Source: Octopus vulgaris (lineage: Eukaryota). From it: a stretch of DNA of 64,000 bases. Position numbers and translations under genes: made by a program. The stretch is taken from the NCBI GenBank assembly GCA_951406725.2, contig OX597839.1, positions 22,630,001-22,694,000 of the forward strand, read 5' to 3'. This document shows positions 62,640 through 64,000 of this stretch, one piece after another. How positions within the stretch are numbered: position 1 is the first letter of the stretch; each line of letters starts with the position of its first letter. The notes under the pieces are model-generated. The model searched no databases and was not told where the DNA came from. It saw nothing but the letters and a program-made list of their open reading frames with translations.

Positions 62640-63427
62640 TCTTTACTCTTTACTCTTTTACTTGTTTCAGTCATTTGACTGCGGCCATGCTGGAGCACTG
62701 CCTTTAGTCGAGCAAATCGACCCCGGGACTTATTCTTTTGTAAGCCCAGTACTTATTCTATCGGTCTCCTTTGCCGAAGCGCTAAGTAACGAGGACATAA
62801 ACACACCAGCATCGATTGTCAAGCAATGCTAGGGGGACAAACACAGACACACACACTTATATATATACTAGCAGTATCGCCCGGCGTTGCTCAGGTTTGT
62901 AAGGGAAATAACTATAAAGCATTTTTAGAGAGTGATAGCCAAAAAATAGCAAAAAAATGGGAAAAAATGATGGTAAATTTTTTTTGAGATTTAAAAAAGG
63001 TGGAGTTGCGTCCCCTAGACAGTTTGTGGTTTGTGTTTCTGATTCTCGACCCCATGTCGAATTTATCGATTTTTTCAGAACTGGGGGAACTTTTCAAAAT
63101 TTTCGCTGCGTTAGTTTTGAATTATGACATTGGGCTATGTGTGTGTCAAGTTTCATCAGAATCGGTTGAAAGCCGTGGTCAGGGTGAGGGTACAACCTGA
63201 CAGACACACAGAAACCCGCACAGACAAACTGCCGTTTATATAGAGAGAGATATACATATATACGACAGGCTTCTTTCAGTTTCCGTCTACCAAATCCACT
63301 CACAAGGCATTGGTCGGCCCGAGGCTATAGCAGAAGACACTTGCCCAAGATGCCACGCAATGGGACTGAACCCGGAACCATGTGGTTGGTTAGCAAGCTA
63401 CTTACCACACAGCCACTCCTGCGCCTA
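62640..63427 (-). mobile_element. SINE family A, young copy split by a Helitron
   Basis: SINE halves 62640-62867 and 63251-63427. Confidence 0.9.
62868..63250 (-). mobile_element. Non-autonomous Helitron
   Basis: Minus strand starts TC(tctctctatataaacggc) and ends with hairpin cctgagcaacgccggg + cgatactgCTAG; sits between A and T without TSD. Confidence 0.85.
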
Positions 63428-63607
63428 TAGCACTTTCACACAAAAATAGTGAAAGCATCACAGACCAGCAAACTGCTAATGGTTCCACGATATTTAGACA
63501 AAATGGAAGCACCAGCAGTTATTTACTATTAATGTCCATGTCAATGGGTGGTGGTGGTGGTGGTGAAACAAACAGAGAAATAGTGTCCAGTACATGACTG
63601 GTATTTA

Positions 63608-63798
63608 TTGGCACGTAAAATGCACCCACTACACTCGCGGAGTGGTTGGCGTTAGGAAGGGCATCCAGATGTAGGAACCCATGCCAAATCAGACCGGAGC
63701 CTGGTGCAGCCCCTGGCTTCCCAGACCCCGGTCGAACCCTCCAACCCATGCTAGCGCGGAAAACGGACGTTAAACTATGATGATGATGATGATGATGA
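63608..63798 (+). mobile_element. Family D retroposon
   Basis: ggcacgtaaaatgcacccactac..ggacgttaaactatgatgatg. Confidence 0.88.
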
Positions 63799-64000
63799 TT
63801 GATGGAGGAGAGGCAAATATGCCTTGATGGGGTTTGATCTCACACCCTGAAGAACTACAACTAAATAAATACAAGCTTTTCCACTGTTTTAAGATGGTCT
63901 TACTCATTCTTTTGGCTTTTGTCTTTCTATTGGAACAATGGATGCAGCCAAAGCTAAGAGAGCGGGAGTAAATTGAAAGAATTGTTTGAGTATCAAACAA

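Overview
Repeat-saturated, AT-rich eukaryotic non-coding DNA. The SINE/MITE repertoire and dense (TA)n/(CA)n/(GAT)n microsatellites look like an Octopus-type cephalopod genome (inference). I could not support any intact host protein-coding exon; nearly all listed ORFs are microsatellite or SINE translations. The window holds many copies of five SINE-like families (labelled A-E here) and 3' remnants of CR1-like, RTE-like and R4/Dong-like retrotransposons. It also holds mariner, hAT, TTAA-flanked (piggyBac-like), Mutator-like and Helitron non-autonomous elements, often nested. Most notable: (1) about ten hammerhead-ribozyme motifs, Penelope-like, several with palindromic stem III and unusually long stem II. 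One sits in a tRNA-headed SINE, and four foldback palindromes look like snap-back products of such motifs. (2) An array of 15 RFX X-box-like palindromes at 23.2-23.9 kb. (3) A candidate recursive splice site with cryptic RS-exon on the minus strand at 57.2-57.3 kb. (4) A 5S rRNA head fused to the SINE-A 3' tail. All calls were made by eye; family names come from recalled consensus features, not database searches.
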